This document shows, in pieces, positions 51,192 to 64,000 of a DNA stretch of 64,000 nucleotides. Numbering within the stretch: position 1 is the stretch's first letter; every line of letters starts with the position of its first letter. The notes under the pieces are model-generated. The model was not told the origin of the DNA. It worked only from the letters and a program-made list of their open reading frames with translations, and ran no database searches. The DNA comes from a virus: positions 32,001 through 96,000 of the IMG/VR virus record IMGVR_UViG_3300049043_000070; one strand, written 5' to 3'. The position numbers and the translations under genes are program-made.

Positions 51192-54100
51192 ATGAGTTTT
51201 CAGATTAATTCCGATAGAGAGCAAATTAGAGCATCTAGACCATCTTTAATCGGTAGTAATGAACTAACAATTCGTTCTGGCTCTGGATCTAACGAAAAAG
51301 AAGTTCTAAGAGCACAACTAGATACTGCCACGACTTTGCCTCGCGTTGGTATTAACAGAACTGGCAATAGAGTAGATACAATCCAAGTAACTTCACAGGG
51401 TTCTGGTTATACTCTACAACCAACTGTTACTCTGTCTCCTCCTCCAGCTGGTGGTGTTCAGGCTCTAGCATCTGCTGTGATTAGCGATGGACGTGTTGTT
51501 GCTATTCTTGTAGATAATATTGGACGAGGATACGTAACTGCTCCTTCAGTAACTATTACTGGTGGTAACGGACAGGGGGCAGCAGCAACGGCATTTCTAG
51601 ATACTGTAGATTTTGAACTTGATATTAATGGTGCTATCAGAACATCAACATCTATCATTTCAGATACCGCAAGAATTCTAAATCTTGATATTGATAATTT
51701 TGTTACTCCAGACGCACAATTTAGAGCTCCAAATTTAAAGACGTATTTAAATAATGGTGGAACTCCATGGTCTCCTAGTGTTATTATTCAACAAGGATTA
51801 TATCGTTACCATAACGCAAACGTATATCAAGCATTAAATACTGGAACAACAGGAACTACTCCTCCCCTACACACAGATGGAATCGCAACAAACGGAGAAG
51901 TTCAATTTAAGCATATTGGTATTAGAGCATCTGATGTAAATCAACCTTATTATAATCAAGGTGGGCAGTCTGGTATTTTCCCAAGATCAATTACTCCAGA
52001 ATTTGGTGATAAATCTGATAAGATTGCTACGACAGAATATGTCCTAAATCTTGCTACAAATGACGTTGGTGGTCGTGTCTATGTTTCTGAACAGATTGGT
52101 AGCGATTTGAATGATGGTCGTTCTGCTGTCAATCCAGTTAGAACAATTAAAAGGGCAGCACAAATTGCTTGGTCAACTCCAGGAGTAAAAGAAACTATTG
52201 TTATTTCTGGTGGCGATTATGTAGAAGATAACCCAATTTCTTTACCACCAGATGCTTCAGTTGTTGGTGATAACTTAAGACTTGTTATTATCAGACCAAA
52301 TAATCCACGTAAGCACATCTTCAAATTTGGCGATAAAAACTATGTAACTGGTGTTACATATAGAGATAAAATTGATTCAAATGGCGATGCTGTGGCAACA
52401 TGGGATTATGCCATGGTCTTTGATGACAAACAGCGTATTGAGATTGACGTTACAGCAAATGGAGATTATGGAGTTGATTTCCCAATAGGTCATCAAATAT
52501 TTGGACCAGAAAAATTCCGTGCTACTTATCAAACAAATACTGGTTTATCACAATTAACTTCTGGTCAAAGAGTTAAAGGCGTTAATACTGGTGCTATCGG
52601 TCTTTTGACTGCCGTTACATTTACAAGAACTACAGGAGCAAATGCTTACGTAGGAGGAACTGTAGATTTTAGTGTTATTAGTGGTAGCTTTAATGCTGGA
52701 GAAACTTTCCAATATGGTGGTATTGGATCTGTAAGTTTTGCTCAAAATACTGCGTACACACTCGGTCAATTGGTTTGGACTGGAGATAATGTATACACCA
52801 TAACTACTGCTGGAACTTCTGGATCTTCTGCTCCTTCTCACACAACTGGTGCTGTTACAAATGGAACGGCAGTATTTACTTTCTTAAGAACAGCATACGA
52901 GTTTATTTCAACTGACATTATTTCTATTAGAGCAGAAGGAGAAGTAGTATTTACAAATCAAGATATTACATCTTCTTTGCCTATTGTTAGAATTGATTTT
53001 TCAAAGCAAGGAACTCCAGAAGTAGCTACTGGGGGATTTGGAGATTATGGAACTCCAGAAGATCTTGGTGGTATTGTTTTCTATACCAACGCTCTTGTTG
53101 GTAGACAAAACACCCATAATTTTAAAGAAGGTCAAGAAATCTTTATTTCAAATCTTCCCACATCATCTCCAGATCTTTCTTTCTTGAAATGGAAAGCAAA
53201 GAATTTATAAAGTTATTGAAGATGCTGATGGTAGAGCAAGAAGATTTGTTATTCCAAAGAAAACAACAGTTACATTAGATAGTAATTTTGATCCAGGACA
53301 ATTTGCGAATGTAAAGTCATATTCAAAATCTATCACTATCTCACTACTAAACTCGCCAAACAAATTCCCGATGGCGACTCCAGTAGCAAGGAGATATCAA
53401 GATGCTTGCTTACAGATTAGAAATAATGTTGATTTTATTGCTGATGAAGTTGTAAGAAAGATTAATGATCAATTTAAGAAAGAATACTTTAATGTTTATG
53501 GAATAAGCGGTACGCAATTCAAGATTTATCTTGGTACATCAACATTCGCACATACTTATGTTAGTGGTGGAACTGTAACATTTGGTGGTACTGCTTACAA
53601 TATTACAGGATTTACTTATGACAACGTTGTAACTGGTGAAGCTACTATTACTACTTCAATTCCAGTTGCTTCTCTAGTTGATGATAGTATTGTAAGACTT
53701 GCTGATATTGTTGTTAGTTGTGTAATAAATGGTGTTGTAACACAAAAGACATATCCAAGTTTCAATATTCCAGTTAGTGACGCAAAATGTCGTAGAGATA
53801 TTGGTCACTTCTTGAATGCTATTTGTAGAGATTTGGAATATGGAAGTAACTACAATGTAATTGACGCTGCCAAGAAATATATTTCCGCTGGTCAAATTTC
53901 TCTTGTTGATTACGAAATTACACAAACTATTCGTGCAATTGAGTATGCCAGGAGAGCTTAGCAATCTATGCGATGAGAAAGTGGAGAACTGGTACGGGTG
54001 CTCCAGGGCAACCAGTATATACTCCACAATATTCATCTGTTACAAGATATTTTGATCCAACAGTAATTGATGATATTGCTTCTCCAGCATGTGCTAACGT

Positions 54101-57100
54101 AGCATCTGCCATCAACACTCTCTCATATCTATTTGTTGATGTACTAGCAAATGGTGCTAGTGGAACTGCTTTAGATGCTGCGTATCTAATTGCTAGAAAC
54201 AGAGATTATATTGCGGATGAAGCATATGGAAAAACAAAAGCACTTTATCCAACACTCAATCTTTCCAATCTAAATGAAAGTAAGTGTAGAAGAGATATCA
54301 ATCATATGCATTCAGTGGTCTAATAAGAGATCTAATCCTTGGTGGTAATTCTGGAATTGTTACCACCGCAGAATCATATTATACTGGTGGGGTTCTTACT
54401 GGCATTCCAGAAGCACAGAGAGATGAAACAATCTATGCTTTCAATCAAGTAAGAGATCTATGTATCCTTGCGATGCGTAATTGGAAGACTGGAACAAATG
54501 GTACTGGAGCGGTTTACACAACAGTACATACCCCAATTCCACAGTTTACTGATAATACAATTTTCATAGATCCTAGTGCTAATAAGTGTGCCACGATTGT
54601 TTCTGCTATCACTACTTCTTTTGCTCTCTAGAAGATATTTTAGATGGTACGATAGCACCTGGAGCAACTACAAAAACATATGGGAACTCTTTATAATACT
54701 ACAACAATCACAACCTATCCAGATAGTATAATTACCGATAGAGATGGAGTAGTTTATACACCACGTTCTGATTATGATGATTCTATCCAATTATTGAAGC
54801 TTCACCATACACACAAAATGCTTCGGTAATTTCGTTCCTTGGTGGTGGTGGCGCTCTCTGATGGGAATAAAGTTAAACAACCAAACTGTCCTTTCCCTGG
54901 TCTGAGAACTTGATGGTTCTGCTACTTTCCCCAACCAGGGTAAATCCATGGTTGCTTCTGCGTTTACTATTGTTTCATTTGGCGGAACTGGATACAAAAT
55001 TATCAACGATGGTTATGTTCAGTTGGTTTCTGTATTCGTTATCTTCTGTGAAGATGGTATTTTAGCAGAATCTGGTGGTTATGCTTCTGTAACGAACTCC
55101 GCTACAAACTTTGGTATCTATGCTCTAAGAGCAATAGGATATAATAGTTTTGCGTATTCATTTGACGTTGGTACAATTACTAACGTATCTTCTACTCCAA
55201 CTGGAAGAACTATCTTACCTATTGATAATCTGGGATTGAGAACCACTAGAGCATTATGTCGTTAAGATTGATGGTTATGAAAACGTCAATACTTGAAATT
55301 GAATATTATATTGATGCTGTTGGTGGTGTTACTGTCGGACCTCCATTCTCAGACTCAAGTAACTATTGAATCTGGATCTGGTGGTCCAGCTCGAATTTAA
55401 GTCAATTGCTACTGGGCAAGCAGTTTCTAACTCTACGTTGACTGGTAAAACAATTAGATTGCGTCGTCCATCAATTGTTAACTCTTCATCACATACATGG
55501 GAATTTGCTGGATCTGGTACGAACTATAATGCTCTACCAGAAAATGGTGGTGTTAAAGTTGATGCCAACGAGCAAGTATCACAATCATATGGACGAGTTT
55601 ATTGTTCAGGTACTGATGAACTCGGTGACTTTAAAGTTGGTACTTTTGCTAAAATTGAAAACAGAACTGGTAATATTACCTTTACTGGTACTGTTACAAT
55701 CTCTGAAGTTGAATTCCTCAAACTGAAGGGCGGTGATGTTGTTGTTACTGGTTTTGATGCTTCCAATACTCTTGGTGGTGCTAACTCAACCAACTCAAAA
55801 CTACCAACTCAGAAAGCAGTTAGAGATTATATCACTAATAGTCTTGGACCTTACATTAACAAGCCATATTCCACAAATGCTGTTCCAAGAGCACTTGTAG
55901 AACTTACTGATAGTGGCAAGATTTCTGTTGATCAAATCCCACCACTCAGACCATTTAGTGTTTATACAGTCCCAGATCAGGCAGCACGTCTTGCTATTGA
56001 GGGTGCTCTTGCTGGTGATATCGCAATTCAACAAGATACGTCAGCTTCATATATTCTGAATAATGACAACTCAAGTTTGTTTGCTTCATTTAACGTAGAT
56101 CCAACACTACAGTTTACAGCAAATGATGTCTTTACTGGAAGTATTAGTGGTGGTAAGATCCAGGCAACTGAATATAACAGGGTGTTGTATATCAAATTAA
56201 TATTACAGATCCTGGTTCTGGATATACTGCTCCTCCTGTTGTAACGATTACTGGCGGAAGTCCACAGGCTGGTGCTGTTCAAGCATCTGCTACATGTACA
56301 ATTGCTAATGGTCAGGTAGTCACCATCAAGATTGTTTCATTCAACGGATTTATTGGAGGAAAGGGATACACAACCCCGCCAACAGTTACATTCGCTGCTC
56401 CAGCTGGAACAGGAACACAGGCAACTGGTGTTGCTCTAATTGAAAGCAGATTATATGGCAATATTGTCAACAATATCAAGATACTAGAAACTGATACTAT
56501 TTTATCAAAGTGATATTCCAGCAGAGACGATTAATATCAATAGAGTTATCAATACTTCTGCTTCAGTCTAATAATAACTGGGTAATCACTTTCAACTAAT
56601 CAAATTGCTGCTTCTGACATTACATCTGGTGTTATCGCTACCTCAAGACTAGCAAATAACTCAGATGCTGCTAACTCCTTTAGATTCTTGAGAGGAGATC
56701 AGGCATATGCTCCTGTTGTACAGTCTATCAAGGGGGCAGAAAGTAGATATTTTGCTAGGTTATATTCTCAAGGTAATCAGTGGATCATCACAACTGATTT
56801 TTACAACCAATTCCAATACTTTAGTTGGTCATGAAGTTGTTAACACTATAACTGGCATTCAGTCAAATACGAATATTAGTGGAGTTACTACTGCTGCTGG
56901 AGATTCACAACAGTAGCATTAAATAATCCTCTCACAGCAACAATTCCTGCTGGAACTATTATAGAATTTAAACGCGGAGCATCACCTTTAGTGTTTGAGT
57001 CCTCATTCACTCAGGGTGGATTTGTTGATAGTATTGTTATTGCTAACGGAGGAACTGGATTCACTAACGGACAATACTTTGATGTTCCACTAAGCGGTGG

Positions 57101-59892
57101 TTCTGGAACTGGACTGAGATGTAATATTATTGTTTCTAATGGATCGGTAATTGAAGTTACCGTTACAAACTCTGGACTAAATTACACAGCAGACTTTAAT
57201 GTTTCATCGTCACCAGCTGAAATTGGTGGCGGTTCTGGTCTTGTGCTTGCTGCTAAATTGAATACTGTAAGCAAGCAATATGCTAATACATCTCTTGATA
57301 TTCAAAAGAGTAACTGATCTCACAATCTCTGCTGATGAATTTGGTACAATTGGTGTTGCTAGATTCAAAAAATCATAGCTCTTTATTGGTCAGGCGGGTA
57401 ATGGTTCGGTTGTTCTTAAGACTGGAGCCTGATAGCGGACTAGATGCTGATTTACTTGATGGAGCACAAGGAGCATATTATCTAAATGCTTCTAATATGA
57501 ATTCTGGTATTCTCTATCCTGTTGATAGACTTTCTGGTACATATAATATCAGTCATTTCTGGTCAATCAGGTAATACTATTCGTTTGATTTCAAATACAA
57601 CAAACCCAACATCAAATCCATCACCAAATGCTTTCTCTGCTGGTATTGTTTCTGATCTTAGAAATAATGTTTCAAACGGTCTTAGTGATGGTGGAACTAA
57701 AAACTTAGTTGTTACAATTAGACCAGGAGGATCTGGTTTTACTGTAGATGGTGGTGTCAAACAGTTAGCATTTACAGATAATGATAACATGTGGTTACGT
57801 GGTTCTGGAACTAACGTTAGACACCTTTGGTTCATGGTGAAGGTTTGGACATCACTAAATGATGGTCCTGGAACTGGACTTGATGCTGACAGACTTGATA
57901 ACAGACAAGGAACATGGTTCCAAAATGCTATCAATATGAATACTGGTATGCTAAGCGATAATCGCTTACCACCATACCAGACTAAAAAAGATTTCCAAGA
58001 TTTCGATTAGAATTCTTTCATTTACTGGGCAACCAAGATACAGAATTTATGTACCAGATGAGCTCTTAAATACCACACCATTCCTCCCTGGTCTCACAGT
58101 TAACCTTTATAATGCGAACGACCAAGGAACAGGTGTCATTTCTATTACTGATATACTAGTAAATAGTGATCCAAATGATGTATTTAATAATTACTCAATT
58201 ATTACTGGTACGCTAACAACAGGTAATTTTGTTGGTGCTGTATCTATTGGTATCGCAAACAACAAAAAACCATTCAAAGATTTTAGTATTGCTACTCTTG
58301 ATGCTAATGCCGATGGAATTCCAGATGGCAATTTTGTTGCTGCTACACTAGAAAGTGATGGTGGTACTGCTAACCTAAGACTTGGTAGAAAAGATGGTCA
58401 GGCATCATCCCCTGGTCTATATTTTAACTCATCAACACTTGCTGCTACTTATAATGCCGCTATTGTTGCTACAGGTGGTAACGGAATCTACCGCTAGTGG
58501 TACTCTTGATGTCAAGGTTGTTAATGCTGATGGATTCACACTTAATGGAAATAAGATCTGGAATGCTGGTAATGTAACATTCAATAGCACAAACGTTGTT
58601 TCTACAGCAGTCATTCGTGATGCTTCTGGTAACTTTGCTGCTGGTACAATCACAGCAAACTTAACTGGTGCCGCTTCTCAGAACGTTCTAAAGATCTGGC
58701 GATACCATGACTGGTTCGCTAACAATTACTGGTGCTGGAAGCAATCTGAGTGTATCTGGTACTTTAGGTGTTACTGGTAATACAACATTAACTGCGAACT
58801 TAACTGTTGACACTAATACTCTTTATGTTGATAGTGTCGGAAAACGTATTGGTGTTGGATTGAATCCATCATCCGCAGCAACATCTGATAGCAAACTTCA
58901 AGTATTTGGTGGTGCTCTAGGAACAACATCAGGTAATGCTACTTATATTGCTTCTTTTGAAAATACAAATTCAAACTATAGTAGATTATTAATCTTCCAA
59001 AGAAGAAATGCTAATGGATCTGATTGGCAAACAGAGTTCAACAAGAATCCAACAAAGAATAGATGTAACCGATCAAGCATATATCGAGTTCAACCCATCT
59101 GGTTCTACTTTTGGTCTTGCTTTAGGAACTCAGAATAACGAGTCTTTAAGATTAATTCAAACTGGTGAGGTTGGTATTCGTAAAACACCTGCTACTGGTT
59201 ATAACTTAGATGTATCTGGTAAAGGTAGATTCTCAACATCCATGGAAATTCGTGATGCTTCCGATAACTCTGGAGCACCAATTCTATTCCTTGGATCAAG
59301 TGGATTCAGAAACTTTAGAGTTGGCAATCAATTAAGTGCTAATGATGTATTTGAAATTACAGCATCTACAGCAAACGGAGGAACTACTTGGCAATCAACT
59401 CCAGCACTTGCTATTTCTGGCGCATCTCAATTAGTTGGTATTGGAACCACTACATTTACTAGTACAGCAACTGGATCAACCGTAGTTTATAAACTCAATG
59501 TAGAAGGAAACTTAAATGTAAACGGACAGGTTTATCAAAATAATCTTCCATTTGTAACTTCCAGATGGACTCAATCTACAAATGGAGCAGATATTCATAG
59601 ACTATCTCGTGTTGGTATCAATAAAGCAGATCCAACATTTACATTACATGTTCTTGGAAGTGCTAACATAGAAGGTCAAGATTTTGTTAGTGGCGTAAAT
59701 AATCGAGTTCTATATGCTAATGGAGATCGCCAGTGGCTAGATACATATGGAGTATTCAAGTCTAACCGCACAAGTATTGCTGAGAACGTTACTGTTCCAT
59801 CAAATACAAATGCTATGACGGCTGGCCCAGTATCCATAAATACAGGATATACAATCACAATTCAAGCAAACGCAGCATGGAGTATCGTTTAA
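51192..59892 (+). CDS. very large tail-fibre-like protein (about 2,900 aa, joined across indels)
   Basis: KIATTEYV; DGRSAVNPVRTIKRA; LDADLLDG and LDADRLDN fibre motifs; C-terminal NVTVPSNTNAMTAGPVSINTGYTITIQANAAWSIV. Confidence 0.7.
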
Positions 59893-59893
59893 C

Positions 59894-60755
59894 ATGAGTA
59901 ATCTTAGTGTAGGATATATTTCTGGAGGATCTCAGAATAACAATACTATTAGGATTCCTTCTGGTCAACTTTTGATGCTTGAAGGAAATTTACAAGTTCC
60001 TGTTTGGACTACTGCATCAAGACCTACATCTCCCAATATTGGGTTTATTGGATATAACAGTACTTTAGGTATTTTTGAACTATATAAAGGATCACCCGAC
60101 GGTTGGGTATCTACTGGGGCAGCATCTGCTCCAGATGGTTCTTCGATATCAAAAGCAGCGACATCTGGATTACAATTAAAAACAGATTATCCATCAAAAA
60201 CAAATGGATTATATTGGATTAAATCTCCTCTGATGCCAAATGCATTACAGATGTATGTTGATATGGTGGAAGATGGTGGAGGATATGATTTTTATAATAT
60301 TACAAGCGGTCCATCGGTTTCATATATTACAGAAACTCATGGTGGAACTTCATTAGGATTACCTTTGTGGGAAGGAAGAAGTCCTGGATGTTGGTTGGCT
60401 GCTTCTAAAGCAGTTGCATATTTTGATAATGCTAATTTTGGATCGTATTGGAACGCTTGTGGTCATGTTTACAAACCAAATGGTGGTGGAAACTACACTG
60501 GATGTATTATGAGAAGTTCGTATTATGGAGGGAATAATTGCCCCGATTGGAGAGTGGCAAGTAGTCAAAGATGGTGGATTAGAAACACCACTCACTCCGA
60601 ACCAAATGGTGACTATAATGGAAATGGATTTTTAGCAATTTATGGTGGTCAAATAGGCAACCCATTTGATGTAAATACTAATATGGGGATTTAATGATGG
60701 CGGTGCATATGCTACTGGAAATAGATATCTAGTTTCAACAAATACAAAGACATAA
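59894..60755 (+). CDS. tail-associated protein with a fibrinogen C-terminal-like domain (indel near 60690)
   Basis: VPVWTTASRP...GFIGYNS; PDGSS...KAATSG..LKTDYPSKTNGLYWIK...MYVDM..DGGGY. Confidence 0.65.
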
Positions 60756-60783
60756 TAAATATCACATATATCTGCTATAGATC

Positions 60784-61478
60784 ATGAATTTTGAAAATTT
60801 TGAACTGTTTCCAAAAGTGGTAACAATATACAGAATATGATCAAGAAAAACACCAAAAAATTATTGATATCACAAATCAAATAATTGAGAATATTAAACC
60901 TGGAAATAGTGAGTATTCCAAGAATGCTGTGGATAATTCTCTAACTCATTATTATAATCAATCAACATCTTCTTTACTTTATGAATGCTGAAGAACTAGA
61001 AGATTTTAGAAAATGGTGTTCTGATTGTGCAAAACACTTCATGACAGAGGTATTAGATTATACTATAGAAGAAAATAATTCCATACTCGTAACTGATTCC
61101 TGGTTGAATGTATGTGGTGAGAGATCACATCAAATTAAACACAATCATCATAATTGTTTAGTTTCTGGAACATATTATGTTACTAGGCAAGAATGGGTTC
61201 ATGCTGGAATTGAATTTTATAAACCAAATATAGAACTACATCCTATGCTGAGCTCACACAAGAACATGGGATGAACAACTCTAATAAATACACCAGATAT
61301 ATTGAAACTCTTTATCCATCTTCTGGTGATCTACTTCTTTGGTCTTCTGAGATGCTACATGGATATAATGGTATGACTAATTTTTGGGAAAGGAAGAACA
61401 TCTATCTCCATGAATTTTTTACCAAAAACAATAGATAATGGAAAATATTCATTCACTATTAAAGAATACGGAGAATAA
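60784..61478 (+). CDS. 2OG-Fe(II) oxygenase (TIGR02466-like), frameshifted
   Basis: ELFP; DSWLNV...HQIKHNHHNCLVSGTYYV; GDLLLWSSEMLHG; SISMNF. Confidence 0.8.
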
Positions 61479-61486
61479 TTTTACAA

Positions 61487-61771
61487 ATGGAATTTCCTAA
61501 AACAAGATCTGAATTTAGAGAATGGGCAAATCAAAGAAATAGCGACATTCAAAATTTTAATTCTAATCGTTCTAGGATGTATGGTCCTCTCGGAAAGCAA
61601 CTAGATCTTTTATGGCATGATATAAATAATGGTACTATCCCTGGTAGGGGTGGGTTATTTCATCAGTATATTGAGAATGTAAAATCTAGTGTTAAGAAAC
61701 CAGATTTTGATGTAGATGAATACCAAAATTTTGATTTTTCAAAAGAAAAATTTGTAGAGGATCTTGATTAA
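61487..61771 (+). CDS. small tail-fibre-associated-like protein
   Basis: RSRMYGPLGKQLDLLWHDI...VKSSVKKP. Confidence 0.6.
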   Translation: MEFPKTRSEFREWANQRNSDIQNFNSNRSRMYGPLGKQLDLLWHDINNGTIPGRGGLFHQYIENVKSSVKKPDFDVDEYQNFDFSKEKFVEDLD

Positions 61772-61776
61772 GAGTT

Positions 61777-62989
61777 ATGTCTAGCAAAATTAAAGTAGAT
61801 TTCCTAGAGACTTTATCTGGATCTGGAACTCTAACTTCCAACAATAGTATATCTGTAACTGGTAATATTAATTTTACTGGAGTCTCTGCAAAATGGAACT
61901 CCATTTTGTTACTTTACCATCACAAACTGATGCTACGAGAGGTTCATACTTAGTATCAGATGGTAATAACGGTGCCTTTTGGGCATATCCTGGAGGGAGC
62001 ACAGGAGCATCTTCTCCTTTATCTGGAACTTATAGATATTGGAGCATTTACACGCATGGATTTCTTGCTGGTGGATACAAAGGATCACAACCATGGAGAT
62101 CGGTGAATAAAACTTGGCATAATACTGATGTTACCATTTATTGCGGCGAGCAACTAGATAGAGCAGCATCATATTTAGATGGTACTTTTAGTCATTATAA
62201 TGCTTACGTTCATGGTTGTGTAGATAGCTTTCTGGTAATTCTGCCCATACATCATCATACAATTTACATAATGGTGTTTTGAGACAGAGAGGTGATGGAA
62301 CATTCTCCCAGCATACTTATGGTTATGATGGAGACAATCCAGCTGCTGTTATGGGATATAACACAGCAGGTGGTTGGAATATGAGTGTAGCAAGAGATTA
62401 TCATAGTTGCGCTACTAATATTATTGGAGAAGCAGGATATATTACTGGAGGTGGATCTTCCGCAACTGATAAGATGCATTTCCCAACAGAAATTATGTAC
62501 ACAACAAATGGTTCACCATCTGCTGCTAGTATGACATCTGGATGTGGGCAAGAATTTAGAGGATGGTTTAACATCGCTGGAACACAATGTTATATCACAT
62601 ACTCAAATGATAGCTGGACAAATCAAACATTCTGTGGTGGAGATGCTTGGAGTAAATTCTTACCATCAAAATGGGGATTTTTCTACGCAGGAACTGGTAA
62701 TAATGTTACTACTCCAATCAGAAAAGTAAATGGAATAACTGGAGCTAACTTATCAGACTTCAGTAAAATTAGATCTGTTGGTGAAGAAAACTACCAGATG
62801 GGTCAAGACTGGGGTTATATGTTAGGTAACTATGATAACCAACAAAATAATCATACGGTTAAATTTACATACGCAACGGATGCTCAAACTACTATGGGTG
62901 CTGCTACAAGACCCAAAGGTCATTATGGTCAATCATCTGGTGCATGTCCACCTGCAGCAGCAACTGTAACAGCAACGAGGGCACTATAA
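61777..62989 (+). CDS. virion-associated kelch-like beta-propeller protein (two indels)
   Basis: MSSKIKVDFLE.. N-terminus; repeated GF.AGGY / GYITGGG / GFFYAG / GYMLG blades. Confidence 0.6.
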
Positions 62990-63773
62990 TGAAATATCTA
63001 GTAATAAAATCATCTTTATTAGATCCATCAGCATTTCTTTCAGCAGAAGCTTCTGGTGATGAAAGATTTATTTTTGAAGAAATCTTTACCCTTTTAAATT
63101 TTAGTTGTATTAGAGTAACAGAAGAATTATTTTCTATCTACAAACAAATATGGAATGGGAAATATATTGAAGTTGAATCTTCTGTTGCAGAAAAGGGATC
63201 TATACATTTTTCAGAAATAAGAGATTTTGGTAGGGAGTTTATTAGTGGTGGATCTACTGGTCCATATGCTACAAAAATTGATGTGGAAATGACCTCTGAA
63301 TTGAAAGAAAAGTTGTAGCATTTATGAGATTATTTGCTAAGGAAGTGATTGAAGATGAATACACTAAAAGATATTTTGCTCTTAAAAACGTTTCAGAATT
63401 AGAAAGTGCTTCTTGGGAAATTCAAAAACACGAAGCACGAGAGTGGTTAGCATATGAAGGATCAGATGGACACAAAACTCCATTCTTAGATTACTTATCA
63501 GTAGAAAAAGAAATTGATAGAACAGAATTAGCAACTAAAATTTTAGAAAAGGCAGAATTATATGAAGATAATTTGTCAACTTTATTAGTAGAGATGCAAA
63601 AATTACTCAAATTATTTAAAAATGCCTCCACAATATGGGATCTAAATATATTATACGAAGATTATTTCAATATCATGATGCCCCAATCTCAAGCAATTGC
63701 TTTGGGCAGAACAGTATCTGAAACTGATTGGACTAGATTAACTGAGGTGAAATCAAATGGATTCAATTTCTAA
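62989..63773 (+). CDS. hypothetical protein (joined across a missing A at about 63308)
   Basis: ...LKEKVVAFMRLFAKEVIEDEY...ELESASWEIQKHEAREWL...TPFLDYL. Confidence 0.65.
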
Positions 63774-64000
63774 GCATATTGACGCAAATAATATTGTCAA
63801 TTCAAATATATCTGATATAAAACTGAGTAAAGATTTTATAGAAGAATATAATATTTCAGATTTAGATTGGAAATTATTGGAATCTGCCTTACATATGGAG
63901 GGTGGTATGACAGATTATCAATGTCGTCATTTTGTAAAAAATTCCCAATTAACTCCATGGAGATCTGTAAGACAGTGTTTGTTGGAGCTCGAGACTAGGT
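63757..64000 (+). CDS. hypothetical protein, truncated by the window end
   Basis: GMTDYQCRHFVKNSQLTPWRSVRQCLLELETR. Confidence 0.6.
   Translation, partial: MDSISKHIDANNIVNSNISDIKLSKDFIEEYNISDLDWKLLESALHMEGGMTDYQCRHFVKNSQLTPWRSVRQCLLELETR

Noticed and set aside
663-61904. Minus-strand ORFs in the track (for example 17782-18357, 19816-20919, 46919-47575)
   Set aside because: They are antisense shadows of well-supported + strand genes, have no recognisable motifs and lack supporting promoter context.
51192-62989. Diversity-generating retroelement targeting fibre or lectin domains
   Set aside because: No reverse transcriptase, and I saw no TR/VR-like repeat pair differing only at adenines. The duplicated GGVRDxDGNTYI modules upstream are ordinary internal protein repeats.
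941-63773. Many broken genes read as pseudogenes, programmed frameshifts or an alternative genetic code
   Set aside because: The breaks are mostly +/-1 indels, often in homopolymers (for example G-run about 25216, A-run about 63308), and they hit essential baseplate genes. A 1752-aa stretch is intact under the standard code. Long-read error is the simplest explanation; short-read polishing would confirm it.
1-64000. tRNA, rRNA, introns, homing endonucleases, photosynthesis genes
   Set aside because: None recognised by eye; tRNAscan-SE and Rfam searches would be needed to exclude small RNAs formally.

Overview
This is a 64-kb fragment of a T4-like cyanomyovirus (Kyanoviridae-like), and all credible genes are on the + strand. 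Bases 1 to about 21,200 are an early/accessory region of small, mostly unknown ORFs. Bases about 21,300 to 64,000 are a late virion module: PAAR-like spike, gp25, gp6, a giant gp7, gp8, a VrlC/DUF4815-like protein, large tail-fibre-like proteins, a fibrinogen-like protein, a 2OG-Fe(II) oxygenase and a beta-propeller cluster, preceded by T4-type late promoters. Many genes are split by single-base indels, often in homopolymers; these look like long-read errors, so gene spans were joined by hand. Main observations: (1) 19 copies of a regulatory cassette, a degenerate 22-bp palindrome GTGCCAGT-N6-ACTGGCAC followed 30+/-1 nt later by a -10 hexamer, usually overlapping the 3' end of the upstream gene; (2) two separate putative restriction-modification pairs; (3) an ArdA-like anti-restriction protein and a solo HicA-like toxin that the ORF track missed; (4) four clustered cyanobacterial-type DnaA boxes next to phased T-tracts, plus a large hairpin and AT-rich tandem repeats; (5) two dual-coding gene overlaps. 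Family assignments come from motif recognition only; no database searches were run.
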